Positions 37,340 to 50,849 of a stretch of DNA of 64,000 nucleotides are shown here, piece after piece. The DNA lies in contig JAVHYY010000112.1 in the NCBI GenBank assembly GCA_035221665.1, forward strand, positions 372,001 through 436,000, written 5' to 3'. The notes under the pieces are model-generated. The model had not been told where the DNA came from, did no database searches, and saw only the letters and a program-made list of their open reading frames with translations. How positions within the stretch are numbered: the stretch's first letter is position 1; every line of letters starts with the position of its first letter. The DNA is from Okamejei kenojei (Eukaryota). The position numbers were made by a program, and so were the translations under genes.

Positions 37340-38790
37340 AAAATGTGAGGTTATCCACTTTGGTGGCAAGAACAGGAAAGTAGACTATTATCTGAATGGC
37401 GGACGATTAGGAAAACGGGAGATGCAACGAGAACTGGGTGTAATGGTACACTGGTCATTTAAAGTAGGCATGCAGGTGCAGCAGGCAGTGAAGAAAGCGA
37501 ATGGTATGTTAATATTCTTAGCAAAACGATTTGAGTATAGGAGCAGGGAGGTTCTACTGCAGTTGTACATGGCTTTGTTGAGGCCATAACTGGAGTATTG
37601 CGTACAGTTTTTGTCTCCTAATTTGAGGAAAGACATTCTTGCCATAGAGGAAGTACAGAGAAGGTTCACCAGACTGATTCCTGGGATGGCAGGACTTTCA
37701 TATGAAGAGAGAATGGATAGACTCGGCTTGTACTCGGTGGAATTTAGAAGAATGAGGGGGGATCTTATAGAAACTAATAACATTCTAAAGGGGTTGGACA
37801 GGCAAGATGCAAGAAGAGGGTCTCCAACTACAAATTCCTCGGGGTACACATCTCGGAGGATCTGTCCTGGTCCCTCAACACCTCCAAGCTGATCAAAAAG
37901 GCGCAGCAGCGCCTTTGCTTCCTGAGCAGGCTCAACAAAGCCCACCTGTCCCCCCTGATCCTGACCAACTTCTACCGTTGCACCATTGAAAGCATCCTGA
38001 CCACCTGCTTTACGGTATGGTACAGCAGTTGCACCGTAGCAGACAGGAAGGCACTACAACGGGTGGTGAAAACCGCCCAGCACATCATCGGTGCCCCGCT
38101 CCCTGCCATGGATGACCTCCACCGAAAACGGTGTCTGAGACGGGCTGGGAAGATCATCAAGGACCCCCTCCCACCCTAACCATGGACTGTTTGCCCTCCT
38201 ACCATCGGGGAGGCGGTACGGGAGCCTCAGGTCCCGCACCAGCAGGATGAGGAGTCGCAGCCGAGAGATTTCATAACAGCACCATCGCACTGCTGAACTC
38301 GGAGTCCCGCCGAGAGATTTCCACATCTGTATTTATTTATCTGTATTTACCTCTATATTGCTATCACTTCGTACTGTCACTAAACTGCATTTCGTTGTAC
38401 CCATACTTGTATCTGTGCAATGATATTAAAGTCGAATTGAATTGAATTGAATTGAATTGAATGTTGGGGAAGTCCAGAACAACGGGTCACAGTTTAATGA
38501 TAAGGGGGAAGTCTTTTAGGACCGAGATGAGAACATTCTTTTTCACACAGAGAGTGGTGAATCTGTGGAATTCCATGCCACAGAAAGTAGTTCAGGCCGG
38601 TTCATTGGCTATATTTAAGAGGTAGTTAGATGTGGCCCTTGTGGCTAAAGGGATCAGGGGGGATGGAGAGAAGGCAGGTACGGGATACTGAGTTGGATGA
38701 TCCGCCATGATCATATTGAATGGTGGTGCAGGCTCGAAGGCCGGATGGCTTACTCCTGCACCTATTTGCTATGTTTCTATGTTTCTATGT
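37340..38790 (+). mobile_element. CR1 3' fragment nested in the Penelope element
   Basis: KCEVIHFGGKNRK...KKANGML...RRFTRLIPG; resumes after 38462; (ATGTTTCT)n tail. Confidence 0.88.
37820..38462 (+). mobile_element. Rex1/Babar-type LINE 3' fragment nested in the CR1
   Basis: YKFLGVHISEDLSWSLNTSKLIKKAQQRL...FYRCTIESILT; (AATTG)n tail at about 38435-38462. Confidence 0.88.
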
Positions 38791-40569
38791 ATGTGACGGC
38801 TGGTAGGGTGGAAGGTGCGGACAGGGGGACTCGGCCCTTGTTGCGATTGGGTGGATGGGGTGTGAGTGCAGAGGTACTGTGTATAGAAGATACCCTGGTG
38901 AGAGCCTCATCTAAAGTAGAAGAGGGGAAACCCCGTCCCCTGAAGAATGATGACATCTCCGATGCCCTGATGTGGAACACCTCATCATGGGTGCAGATGC
39001 GGCGCGGACGGTGGAATTGGGAGTAGGGGTTGGAGTCCTTTCAAGACGCAGCGTGGGAAGAAGTGTAGTCCAGATAGCCGTGGGAGTCAGTGGGTTTATA
39101 GTGGATGTCGGTCAGTAGTCTCCATCACATGTGATAGAGGACCACCGTAAATTGGAGTAGAGCACCTCATATTTCGTTTCGGCAGTTTGCACCCCAGCGG
39201 TATGAATATTGATTTCTCTAATTTCAGGTAGTCCCTGCTTCCTCTTCCCCTTCTCAGCTCTCCCTCAGCCCTCTGACACCGTCTCGTGCTTTCTTCTTCC
39301 CGCCCCCTACCCCCACCCTCACATCAGTCTGAAGAAGGGTTTCGACCGGAAACGTTGCATATTTCCTTCGCTCCATAGATGCTGCCTCACCCGCTGAGTT
39401 TCTCCAGCTTTCTTGTCTACCTTCGATTTTCCAGCATTTGCAGTTCCTTCTTAAACACTTTCATATATAGACGTGCATTGACCAACATGTCACGTTTGAA
39501 CGATTTGATGTCAGTTGTATCGGCTGAGCAGCTGCACAATCACAGCCATTTACAGCATGACCCAGAGGAAGTTTAGGGCGCAACTGCTCCACGTGCTCTA
39601 ATACCCATTTACCCAATTACTCTCATTTCAAATTCGGTAAACGTATTTACATGGCAGATGCCTGTGCTGTCAATTCGTTTTCCTGTACTTGGAGTAGTTC
39701 TCTCCACGAAGACATTGTCTTGTCGATACCAGACGCTGAATGGAGTTGTCCCATCTGCAGATCTTCCTAGGCGCACGGCTGATCGAGGTACTGCATCACA
39801 GCACCAGAGATCTGCCTTCACTCCTGATCTCTGATACCCTCTAGTTGGCGTTTTCACATTCTCTCGGTTTCCCTCTTTGCTCCGGTGACTCCTCATTTTT
39901 AAAAGCCGCGGGCGTTTGTAGGTTCGTGAGATACGTTAACATTGTATCAAAACAATTTAGTATTGGAATGAATCATTGTGACGCGTGCCCATGTTAACAT
40001 CGAATTTAAAGTTAATTGAATGTAAAGTAAAAGGAGTTGATAAATCAGTCAAAAACAGAAAAGAGCCTATGCTTCTATTGATAGCGCAAGAAAAGCGTGG
40101 ATATAATGCTTGAAGTACATCTTGTAGGGTGGCGCAGATGGTAGAGCTGCTGCCTCACAGTGCTGGAATCTGGGTTCGATGGCGACGTCCAGACTGTACG
40201 TGTAGACTTTTTCCTTCTTTCCTGTGTCCGCGTGGGTTTCTTCTGGGTCATCTGGTTAACCCTCACATGCCCAAGTTTGTAGTGGTTCGGACTATGATAT
40301 GTACATGCCTCTGATTAAAAAAAAATCTTTTAAAAAAAAATCGGGGCTTGTGGTAATGAATAGCCAATTTGCAATTAAGTACACATTTCTGGCCTTGAAA
40401 TAATGTCGCAGTACTAATCACTAAAATACATTGAGAGACCGCGTTTATACACGTGCCAGTGTAGAAATATCATGCTTATAATGGCCATGCGATAGGGTTG
40501 GGGTCCATGATGCACTAAAACTGTTAGGGAAGGAAGTGCAGATGCAAAGAGAGTCTGGATAGGTTTGCA

Positions 40570-41060
40570 AGCGTGCCTGTCACGATTTATTCCGAACAGC
40601 TCTGTCGAAGATGCCTCTGAGATTTAGGGACTGTTCCCAGGGACGCATTGAGAGACCGACATTCGAGTGCTGCTGGAAGGTCATGAACTTGGTGCAAGAT
40701 GATCTTTGGTGTGCCTGAGTTTTGTTGACCTGACAGCAAAGCAAGATTTCCGTCGGGGAATGTTGCCGACTGGCCCTCTGCAGATTGCAGGAGTGTAGCC
40801 AACGCCAAGGCTCTGAGGGCAGGACCACAATATTGGGTCTTTCCGCTGCTGGGCATGGGGGCAGGGTGTGGTGGAGTCGCCCCTCAAAATAAGGGCAGTG
40901 ATTCCACGCCAGTGGGCCACATGGGTGGGAAGGGTGGGAGGCAAAATTGTGTAATTTATGTAAACATTATTGAATGTATGATTAGCCTCCGAGAATGTCG
41001 GATGGGGTTTTGTAAGGATCATGTATTGTAAGTATTTATTTCGCGATAAAGTGTATTTCG
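40570..41060 (+). mobile_element. Tx1-type LINE 3' end (copy in duplication 1)
   Basis: Degenerate GLFPGTH...CCWKV...VGECCRL...RTT; paralogous to 52390-52880. Confidence 0.65.
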
Positions 41061-42978
41061 ATGTACGAAAACTTGACGCAAGATGACTGTTTCCACAATT
41101 CACAATAATCGCAGTTGTTTTTCTCATAGTCGAGGACAGTGAAGGCGGAACCGTTTCCATGTAAAGACCCAGTCAAATGTTGCGATTTCTCAATTTATGG
41201 CTGCTCCTCCGCAACTGGCCTGATATCCACGCCACTCCGCGAGCATTTGAGCGAGTGTGCATTTGAATTATCTTCCAATCAACAGTGGTTTGTTTACATG
41301 ACGGACACAACGTTGTGTAGTTAGCATATTCGAAAAGATTATTTGTGGATCATTGTTCGCTTATATTTTCTTTAATTTTGATTAATTTGAATTTGAAACC
41401 CCTGACCGCCTGAGGCTGTCTCGATTATGGAAATGTTAGCCGTTGGTAGCAATAATATTTGTGTATTTTGCACAAGTATATAATTTTTAATGTTTGTGAG
41501 CTGCTGAATGTTCACGTGGTAGCAGCGCGCTGAAACTACACAGAGTGATCTGCGGGCGGTCTAATAGTGTTTCCACTGGAGATAGAGTAATACCGCCAGA
41601 TTCCCTGACCACGAACCGAGTCCAGGCAGCAACGGTCTGTGCGCAGAATGCAGATCACCAGACCGCTCGATATACTGCTGCAACTCATGGAAATTCCAAA
41701 CCTATTTTGCCGGCTAGCTGTGGTTAAAGTTCAGCAATCACCCAGCTGCACTCTTTCTATAAACAATCAACACATTTTATCGGCACAGTGGCGCAGCTGA
41801 TGCCTCAAAGCTTCAGAGACCAAGGATAAATGCTGTAATCGGGTGATGTCCGAGAGGAGTTTTCCCGCCTCGGTATCGTCCATGTGCTCTGATTTCCTCC
41901 TGTATCCCAAATACGTGTGAATTTTAAGGTTAATCGGCCCATGTAACCATGGACCAAGTGTATAAGGAATGGATGGGAAAATGGAATAACATGGAACGAA
42001 AGTGATCGGGTCATCGATGGTCGGCGTGGACTCGGTGGGATGAGGTCCTCAGGAATGAATTTCATATTCCAAGACATGGGAGATGAAGGTGAGTGGAACT
42101 GGAAACATTGATGGAAAATGGCTCCTTGCACCTGCTTTTGGCTTTGCTTGTAATTTACTTCATATAGAAATCAGTTGCATTTCACAATGTAAACATCAAA
42201 ATATCGTAATAACTCCAATTTTCTCGACATTGCCGAAGCGACTGCATAACTGACCACAGTCTTTCGCCTTTGGACGGATGCCGTCAATATAGTTGTGTTT
42301 TTTTAGAAACATATCATCATAGAGTCTTCCAAAGTGGAAACTCACCCTTCGGCCAAACTTGCCAATAGCGGCCAACATGTTCCATCTACACTAGTCCCAC
42401 CTGCATGCGTTTCGACCATATCCCTCAACATCTGTTCTATCCATGTACATGTTAACGTTCTTCTTAAACTTGCGATTGTGCCTGCCTTAACAACTACCTG
42501 AGGCTGCTCATTCCGTAAGTCACCTTTGTATGAAAAATTTACCATTCAGGTCTCTATTAAATCTTCCTCCTCACTCACCTTAAATCTATGTTCCCTGTTC
42601 TCGATCCCGCTAATCTGGCCAAGAGACTCAGTGATTTTACCCGATCTATTCCATTTGTGAATATGCACCTTATTATTGTTTCGTGTAACAATCTCGGGCT
42701 TCCCACCTTCACTGCGGGTTACCAGAACAAGTATGCATTCTCCACCACGGTTTATTCAAGCGGATGCGAATACTCTCGGGGGAAATGCTGCATTCCGGCC
42801 ACGTGTATTTCAATTGGCCGAGACCCCGCTGCCCACCCATATCTCTGACTCAATCACTGGGGGCACAGGGCAGCGACAGCGAACATCCAGAAGCTGCAGA
42901 CGCCCTTTGATTGACAAAAGGCTCCAGTTTGTGTCTCTTCAAGTTTGGAACTCAGCTCGTACAGAGTGAACGGGTGAA

Positions 42979-43583
42979 AGGCGTTTGCTCGTCATCTGTG
43001 TTGTGTGGGGAGCGTTTCTAACAGGTAATTCTGCATCAAATGATTCAGTTTCCCTCGCCCTCCTCGGCCAGATTTTGGCTTGAGAAGTGCAATCTCATGG
43101 CACTCCGGTGTCTGTGACTATCTTAATATATTTATTTTACAGCCACGATTCAGGGAGAATCTGTCACTCAGCCACTGTCCTCGGCGACGAAGACAAAAGA
43201 AGAAGCGGTGACTCTAACCTGTAACTATGATACCACATGGACTGCATACACGTTATCATGGTACCGACAATATCCAGGCATGCGGCCCGAGTTATGTTTA
43301 CTATGTTTAGAGACACCGCCGAAAATGAAGATAAGGCCCAATACGCTGATGCCCGTTTCTCTATTGAGCTCAATACCGCGACTGAGTTCACCAGCTTGAG
43401 TATCTCAGGGCTGGATCTCAGCGACTCTGCAGTCTATTACTGCGCACTGAGGCGCAAAGTGATGGAAACAGTCTGAAGAAGGGTCTCGACCCGAAACGTC
43501 GCCTATCTCCTTCGTTCCTTAGATGCTGCTGCACCCGCTGAGTTTCTCCAGCTTTTTGTGTACCCAAGCCCCTTACAATAATG
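42979..43583 (+). pseudogene. TCR alpha/delta V pseudogene, paralogue of 54415-54923
   Basis: Leader 42979-43024 with ATG>AGG; V exon 43143-43454 with a 5-nt TTATG insertion (43292-43296); heptamer CAAAGTG (43455-43461); ~94-bp insert in the spacer; nonamer ACAATAATG (43575-43583). Confidence 0.95.
43471..43564 (+). mobile_element. Penelope-terminus-derived mini-element with minimal hammerhead ribozyme core
   Basis: CTGAAGA-A-GGGTC-TC-GACCC-GAAA-CG-TC; absent from the paralogous RSS at 54886-54923. Confidence 0.75.
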
Positions 43584-46500
43584 CGGTTGGACGTGCCTGC
43601 TTTCCTGTACTCTCTCGGTTGTCGGTTTGCTTTCATTCTGTGCAGGTGTCCTGGTGGTGTTATTGTTTCTAACTGCGGTATGCTTCTCCGGAATCCATTT
43701 CCATACCATTAGCCGCTAGCTGCAGAGAATTACAAGAGCTCTTACGACACTTGGCAGCGGGATAGGAAATGTGACCAGTGATCTGAAACGTTTGATCTGT
43801 TTCACTCTTTCTCGGTCCTGGATACCCTGTTTATTAACTGCAGAATGTTTTGTTTTAATTATAGGAACGAGGGTGTCACTAGATGGAGGATGGACGGGTC
43901 CGGAATTGTCAGAATTACGTTAACCAATTCCACTTAACCGACACTTTGGCAGACTTTCTAATTTCAGGTGGTGGTTGGCCTTCCCTAATAGCAGCAACAT
44001 TGACCGTGATCCGGGAAGACTAGAAAGTCCATAACCCAAAATATACTACCGTAAGTGGCGGATTAGCAGTAATGCCGATGGATAGTTCCCATTGGGCCCT
44101 GTTGAGTAATCCAGAACTGAGTCGCTGGATATATCACTGGTCACCAGATGCATAGCTACAGCAACTGCTAAAGTAAATCCAATGATGGATATTCACGTGA
44201 GGGAAGTAACATTAAACACTTTAAATACGCCTGACGCCTTTCCCAATGGTCGACAGCACAAATGTGCAAATACCTTAAAGCAGTAATTAATACTTTTTGC
44301 TCAATGAGCCGGTACTGAATTACTTCTCTGCATCGCTACAGTCGGGGAATTCCTCCACAACGGCAACGTGACATCGCCTTCACTAGAAGGTTGTTACAGA
44401 TCACAGCTTTCCTATACTCCCTCGAGGGACTACAGGGTAGGACTGAATTAAGTGGTGTAGTGTCGTAGCGGTAGAGTTGCTCCCTACACTCTCAGAGACC
44501 CGGGTTAGAACCTGAGTACGTTGCTGTCAGTAACGATTTTGCAAGTTCTCCCGATGACTACCTGGGTTTTCTGAGGGTGTTCCGGTTTCCTCCCTGACTC
44601 GAAATACGTACAGAAATATAATTTATTTTTAATGTCTGTAAACTGTAACTGGTCTATAGCTTGTAGATTAGTGCTACTGTTGGTGATCGTTGATAAGCGA
44701 GCATTCTGTGGGACGAAGGGCCTGTTTTCATGGCGTATCTCTGATATCTTGAACTTATATTCCTTGGGCCCAGGAGGCTGAGTATCTACGCTCTTATAGG
44801 TAGATGTTTATACTTCTAGCGTAATTTATTTAATTGGCGGACTGAACGCCATGTCTTCTCACATCAATTCCTCAGGTACAGTGCTTCATGTGGAATTGGG
44901 TAGCATTACCCCTTCTTTGTCGAACATTGATCGGAGATAGATGGACCCCACTCGTCCATTCGCTCGACAGATGCTGCCTGACCCGCTGAGTTATTTCGGT
45001 TCTCTTTTTTGTTCAATATTTAACCACCTTTCCTTTATACATGGAAAATGCGGGGGTCTCCATTCGAACTGACATATGAATGGTCAGGATTCGGGACGGT
45101 CTGTGATTCAGGGTGGGAGGCCGAGTAGGGCGGCGGTGGTTGTGCAGACGTTACCATGTGCGACGCTGCAGCTCAGCCTGAACTGTCGCCCACTGAAGCT
45201 CACTGCTCATTGTTTTGATAGCGATTCTAACAGACATAATTGGCCACAGTGGCGCATCCGGGAGAGCTGCTGGAACCAGAGCCCCGCGTTCGGTCCTGAC
45301 CTCCGGTGCTGTTTGTCTGACGCTTACAATTTCTCCCCGAGCTCAATCGCGTGTATTCCGGGTGAGCCGGATTACTCCCACATACCAAGCAGATGAATGT
45401 CGGGAGGTTAATTGCCCTTTATAAATCGCCCGCATTATGCAGGGAGGTGATGAAGAATGGATAAAGAATCGATCCCGTGAACGCGAATTTGATGGTCAGC
45501 GTGGTCACGGTGGGCAGAAGAGACAGCTTTAAACCTACATATTTCAATGATTCAATGATATCGGCACGACTGGAGCTACCACAGCTTCACAATCCCACAC
45601 AACCCCGGAATACACTGAGTGAAGGAGGATTCAGACCCGACACGTCGCATGTCCGTTCCCGACACAGCAGCTGCGTGTCCGGCTGAGTTACACAAACACA
45701 TTGTTATTTAATCTTGTTCTCTAACGTGTTCCCAATATTTCACGGAAGGTGTAATCTCATTCATTACTAATGGATGACTGGGAACCGCTAAACCGACATG
45801 TTATTTGATTTTCTCTAAATGAATGATCTTGCAATGTGCGCATCTCCGGATTGATTCTCGATTAAATGAAAGTAAAATGTAAATTTATCTCTCGCTCTCT
45901 GTCTCCCTGTGTTAGTACAGACTCGTTTTCCTTTTCGTAGTTGTTTCAGTCATCATTCTGCAGTATTATTTTCGGTGCTGTGTTTATAATCGTAAAACCA
46001 TGGATTTTTGCATGATCCTTTTTATTAACCTTTTTCATTTCGGTGCTAATTAGACTCTTTGTAAAGATTATGTGAAATCTCTCTGTGGGACAGTGGCCAC
46101 AATGAATCAAACCGAACCCCTAGCAAATCCTTACTTTGGACAACAGAGAGCCTTCAGAATCGTGGAATAATTACGACCACCATTTAAATTCGTTGGTGCA
46201 TGTCTCTGCATCTCACCGCTATATCTTCTTTCAGTATTTCCCAGTAAACCTGATGTCGATTGCAGACACGGTGGCGCAGCGGTAGAGTTGCTGTCTTACA
46301 GCCTTTCCAGTGCCAGTGACCCGGGTTCGATCCTGGCTAGGGGTGCTGTCTGTACGGAGTTTGTACGTTCTCCCCATGAGCGCGTGGGTTTTCTCCGAGA
46401 CCCTCTAAAGGCGTACAGATTTTTAGGTGACTTCGGTTGTTGTATGTGTAAATTGTCCCTTGTGTGCGTAGGAGAGTGTTAGTCTGCGGGGATCGCTGGT

Positions 46501-46974
46501 TGTTACGGACTTGGTGGGCCAAAGCGCCTGTTTACTTGCTGTAAACAAAACTAAACTTAAGCGGCGAGAAGTGTGGTCTCTCCAAAATGCATCACGTGTT
46601 ACGTGTTGGCCATGTCGACGGCTGACTTCTCCGTGAAAGTGTGCGACGCGATGCTACATATATTTGGTGACTTGGTGACTTCTGTTGGCGAGGGTTTGAC
46701 GTGCTCTACAATCTAGTGTGCAGATTAATTATCTTTCTTACTAATCTAGCTATCGACTGCTCTATTAGTCACGGTCGCTTTCACCGTTTGATCGATTTGT
46801 GACCTTTCGCACCTACAAACTCAAAACCCGCTACTGCTCCGAGAGAACCACGGTTGTGATTGTAGTGTCACTAGGCGCAATCTCGTGCTTCAAGAATGTC
46901 CCCTGATAATTTGCAGTTAATCATTATTCTATGTAATTGTGGATTGTCTCGGTGATGCCGTGTGATAATCCACC

Positions 46975-47820
46975 AATACCTGAAAGAGAGGGAATTATTA
47001 GGTGCTGAGATATCAGTGAAATATATTCAAGAGTCCATTAGATCTTTAAAAAATGGAAAGCCCGCATGCCCTGATAGCTTAAACACTGAAATATATAAAA
47101 CATTTCATTACCTGATTTCATCACGCCTACAGACATTATATAATTACGCCTTTACTCAACAGAAACTGCCAGAAACTTTCAACGAATCAACAATAACACT
47201 TATACCAAAAACGGATAAGGGCCTTGAGGACCCAGGTTCATATAGAGCAATTGCTCTCTTAAATATCGATTAGAAAATATTAACTAAAATACTTGCCCAT
47301 AGATTAAGTTTAATGATTCATACATTAATACACCCCGATCGAACAGGTTTATATTCCAAAACGGTATTCATTTTATAATCTGAGACGACTATTTAAAGTT
47401 ATATATTCAAATAGAATAGGTAATTTAGATTTAGCAGTCATCTCGTTAGATGCTGAAAAAGCATTTGATCAGGTGGTATGGCCCTATTTATTTCCCGTGA
47501 TGGAATATTTTCTACTGGGTGAGAAGTACTGCACATGGGTTTTATATACTAACCAACAGCTAGAATATTGTCAAACCAAATGTTATCACCTAAATGTAAT
47601 TTATCTAGAGGTTGCAGACAAGGATGCCCGTTATCTCCGTTATTATTCGCCCTAGCTATTGAACCACTGGCAGAATGTGTTAGAGGCCACCCAGAAATAT
47701 ATGGGTATAATACTAAAGATACAGTCAATATAATTTATTTGTACGCAGATCCTGAAAGCAGAATTCCTATCTTGTTAAATCTTATATCTCAATTTGGGTC
47801 ATTTTCGGGATATAGAATAT
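46975..47820 (+). mobile_element. L1-clade LINE RT fragment
   Basis: ORF 46962-47273 ...FNESTITLIPK...GSYRAIALLNID; then SLDAEKAFDQV and RGCRQGCPLSPLLFALAIEPLA. Confidence 0.9.
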
Positions 47821-47821
47821 C

Positions 47822-50060
47822 ACCATATAACCATATAACAATTACAGCACGGATACAGGCCCTCTCGGCCCTTCCTGTCCGTGCCGACCATTTGTTTTCC
47901 CCTAGTCCCATCTACCTGCAATCAGACCATACTCTTCCATTCCCTTCCCGTCCATACCTATCCACTTTGCTTTTAAATTTTAAAATCGATCCTGCCTCCA
48001 CCACTTCTGCTGGAAGCTCATTCCACACAGCCACCACCCTCTGAGTAAAGAAGTTCCCCCTCACGTTACCCCTAAACTTCTGTCCCTTAATTCTCATGTC
48101 ATGCCCTCTTGTTTGAATCTTCCCTACCCTCAATGGGAAAAGCTTATCCACGTCAACTCTGTCTATCCCTGCCATCGTTTTAAAGACCCCAATCAAGTCC
48201 CCCCTTAACCTTCTGCGCTTCAAAGAATAAAGACCTAACTTGTTCAACCTTTCTCTGTAACATAGTTGCTGGAACCCAGGCAACATTCTAGTAAATCTCC
48301 TCTGTATTCTCTCTATTTTGTTGACATCCTTCCTATAATTAGGCGACCAAAATTGTTCACCATACTCCAGAATTGGTCTTACCAATGCCTTGTACAATGT
48401 TAACATTACTTTCCTACTCCTATATTCAATGCTCTGATTTATAAAGGCCAGCACACCAAAGGCTTTCTTTACCACCCTATCTACATGCGATTCCACCTTC
48501 AGGGAACTATGTACAGTTATTCCTAGATCTCTATGTTCCACAGCATTCCTCAATTCCCTACCATTTACCATATACGGCCTATTTTGATTTGTCCTGCCAA
48601 CATGTAGCACTTCACACTTATCAGCATTAAACTCCATCTGCCATCTTTCAGCCCCCTTTTCCAAATGGCCCAAGTCTCTCTGTAGACTTTGAAAATGTAC
48701 TTCATTATCCACAACACCACCTATCTTAGTATCATCTGCATACTTGATTATCCAATTTTCCACCCCATCATCCAGATCATTGATGTACATGACAAACAAC
48801 AGTGGACCCAACACAGATCCCTGAGGCACCCCACTGGTCACCGGCTTCCAACCTGACAAACAGCCATCCACCATTACCCTCTGACATCTCCCATTCAGCC
48901 ACTGTTGAATCCATCTTGCTACTCCGCCATTGACACCCAAAGATTGAACCTTCTTAACCAACCTTCCATGGGGAACCTTGTCAAAGGCCTTACTGAAATC
49001 CATATCTACTAACATCCACTGCTTTACCCTCATCAATTTCCCTAGTAACCGCTTCAAAAAATGCAAGAAGGTTTGTCAAACATGACCTTCCAGGCACAAA
49101 TCCACGTTGACGGTTCCTGATCAGACCCTGCTTATCCAGTTATTATGTCTAAGTATCCTTTCCATTAATTTGCCCACCACTGACGTCAAACTAACAGGTC
49201 TATAATTGCTAGGTTTATTCTTTCAACCCGTTTTAAACAATGGGACAACATGCGCAGTACGCCAATCCTCCGGCACTATTCCCGTTTCTAATGACATTTG
49301 AAATATTTCTGTCATAGCTCCTGCTATTTCTACACTAACTACCCTCAATGTCCTAGGGAATATCCTGTCAGGACCTGGAGACTTATCCACTTTTATATTT
49401 TTCAAACGTGTCAGTACTTCCTCCTCTTTGAATCTCATAGTTTCTATAGCTACTCTACTTTTTTCCCTTACCTCACAGAGTTCAATATCCTTCTCCTTGG
49501 TGAATACCGAAGAAAATAAATTGTTCAATATCTCCCCCATCTCTTTTGGCTCTGCAGATAGCTGTCCATTCTGTCTCTCTAATGGTCCAATGTTATCCCT
49601 CGTTATCCTTTTGCTATTAATATAGCTGTAGAAACCCTTCGGATTTACTTTCACCTTTCTTGCCAAAGCAACCTCATATCTTCTTTTAGCCTACCTAATT
49701 TATTTCTTAAGATTCTTTTTACATTCTTTATACTCCTCTAGCACCTCATTTACTCCATGCCTCCTATAATTATTGTAGACATCTCTCTTTTTTCGAAACA
49801 AGTGTCAAATGTCCCTTGAAACCCATGGCTCTTTCCAATTTTTACTATTTCCTTTCAACCTAACAGGGACATAAAGATTCTGTACTCTTACAATTTCCCC
49901 TTTAAATGTCCTCCATTTCTCTTCTACATCCTTCCCATAAAACAAAGTACCCAATTCACTCCTTTTAAATCCTTACGCATTCCCTCAAAGTTAGCCTTTC
50001 TCCAATCAAAAATCTCCACCCTAGGTCCCGTTCTGACTCTCTCCATAATTATATTGAAAG
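47822..50060 (-). mobile_element. Young CR1 LINE, same subfamily as 11446-14010 and 15228-18382
   Basis: ORFs 47912-49066 and 49223-49666 nearly identical to those copies; (ATAACCAT)n tail. Confidence 0.95.
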
Positions 50061-50061
50061 T

Positions 50062-50402
50062 AGTCTCCATCGCAGCTGACAGAGGACCACCGTAAATTGG
50101 AGGAGCAGCACCTCATATTTCGCTTGGACAGTTTGCACCCCAGCGGTATGAACATTGACTTCTCTAATTTCAGGTAGTCCCTGTTTTCTCTTCCCCTTCT
50201 CAGTTTTCTCTCAGCCCTCTGACTCCACCTCTTCCTTTCTTCTTCCCGCCCCCCACCGCACCATCACACCAGTCTGAAGAAGGCTATCGACCTGAAACTG
50301 TGCCTATTTTCTTCCCTCCATAGATGCTGCCTCACCCGCTGAGGTTCTCCAGCATTTTTGACCACTTTCGATTTTCCAGCATTTGCAGTTTCTTCTTAAA
50401 CA
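50062..50402 (+). mobile_element. Penelope-like 3' terminus, paralogue of 39140-39457
   Basis: HRKLEEQHLIFRLDSLHPSGMNIDFSNFR stop, followed by the CTGAAGA...GAAA terminal repeat. Confidence 0.8.
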
Positions 50403-50849
50403 CTTTCACATCAAGACGTGGATTAACCAACATTTAACGTTTGAGTGATTTGATGTAATGTTGTATCTGCTGAGCACCTGCACAATCACAGCCATTTACA
50501 CCATGACCAAGCGGAAGTTCAGAGAGAAACTGCTCCGCACGTTATAATACTCATTTACCCATTTACTCTAATTGCAAATTAGGTAAACGTATGTACAGGT
50601 GAGATGCCTGTGTTATTAATTCGTTTTCCTGTACTTAGATAAGTTCTCTCAACGAAGACATTGTCTTGTAGATACTAGACCCTGAATGGAGTTGTCCCAT
50701 CTGCAGGTTTTCTAAGGCGGACGGCTGATCTAGTTCTCGCATGACAGCGCCAGAGATCTGCCTTCACTCCTGACCTCTGGTGCCCTCTAGTTGAGGTTTC
50801 CCCGTTCTCTTGGTATCCCTCTTTGCTCCGGTGACTTCTATTTTTTTAA

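Larger units (their letters stand above)
36480..39457 (-). mobile_element. Penelope-like element (GIY-YIG endonuclease and RT C-terminus) with inverted 3' termini and nested inserts
   Basis: Antisense PGTFPCNRRKCYTC...EIKRRLGDRFAEH...QHFNSPSHS...KLEEQQLIFRLG; 38777-38980 FHIRASEMSSFFRGRGFP; inverted terminus at 39140-39457; TSD-like CTTTCACATCAAG flank. Confidence 0.85.
33822..39630 (+). pseudogene. GPR139/GPR142-like GPCR pseudogene, copy 1
   Basis: Exon 1 remnant EIEIVSYTILSAVALT with G|GTGGGT donor ending 33894. Exon 2 from about 35446: VNLMAI, SINE insertion, KCIACNLVVMATADF...SIDCTIWFTVALNF...VVPFWLVLLFNVFTVRHILVASRVRR...DPEIANRRRSAILF, Penelope insertion, then LSSCTITAIYSMTQRKFRAQL at about 39523-39590. 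Collinear with the intact gene at 62461-63374. Confidence 0.85.
34730..43840 (+). repeat. Tandem segmental duplication, copy 1 (GPCR pseudogene, Tx1 fragment, V pseudogene)
   Basis: Collinear with 44780-55210, e.g. 34783-35460 vs 45570-46265 and 40340-43840 vs 52165-55210. Confidence 0.9.
46245..50570 (+). pseudogene. GPR139/GPR142-like GPCR pseudogene, copy 2
   Basis: Acceptor tttcccag|TA AAC CTG ATG TCG ATT (VNLMSI), SINE 46267-46560, KCITCYVLAMSTADF..., interrupted at about 46975 by L1 and CR1; TM7 remnant LSTCTITAIYTMTKRKFREKL at about 50470-50535. Confidence 0.8.

Noticed and set aside
40580-41160. Duplicated minus-strand ORFs (also 52382-52835) suggesting a novel conserved gene
   Set aside because: They are antisense readings of a Tx1 LINE 3' end carried by the segmental duplication.
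41784-41790. Isolated CACAGTG heptamers (also 53603-53609 and 24752-24758)
   Set aside because: They are parts of SINE 5' ends or a CR1 tail and have no nonamer.
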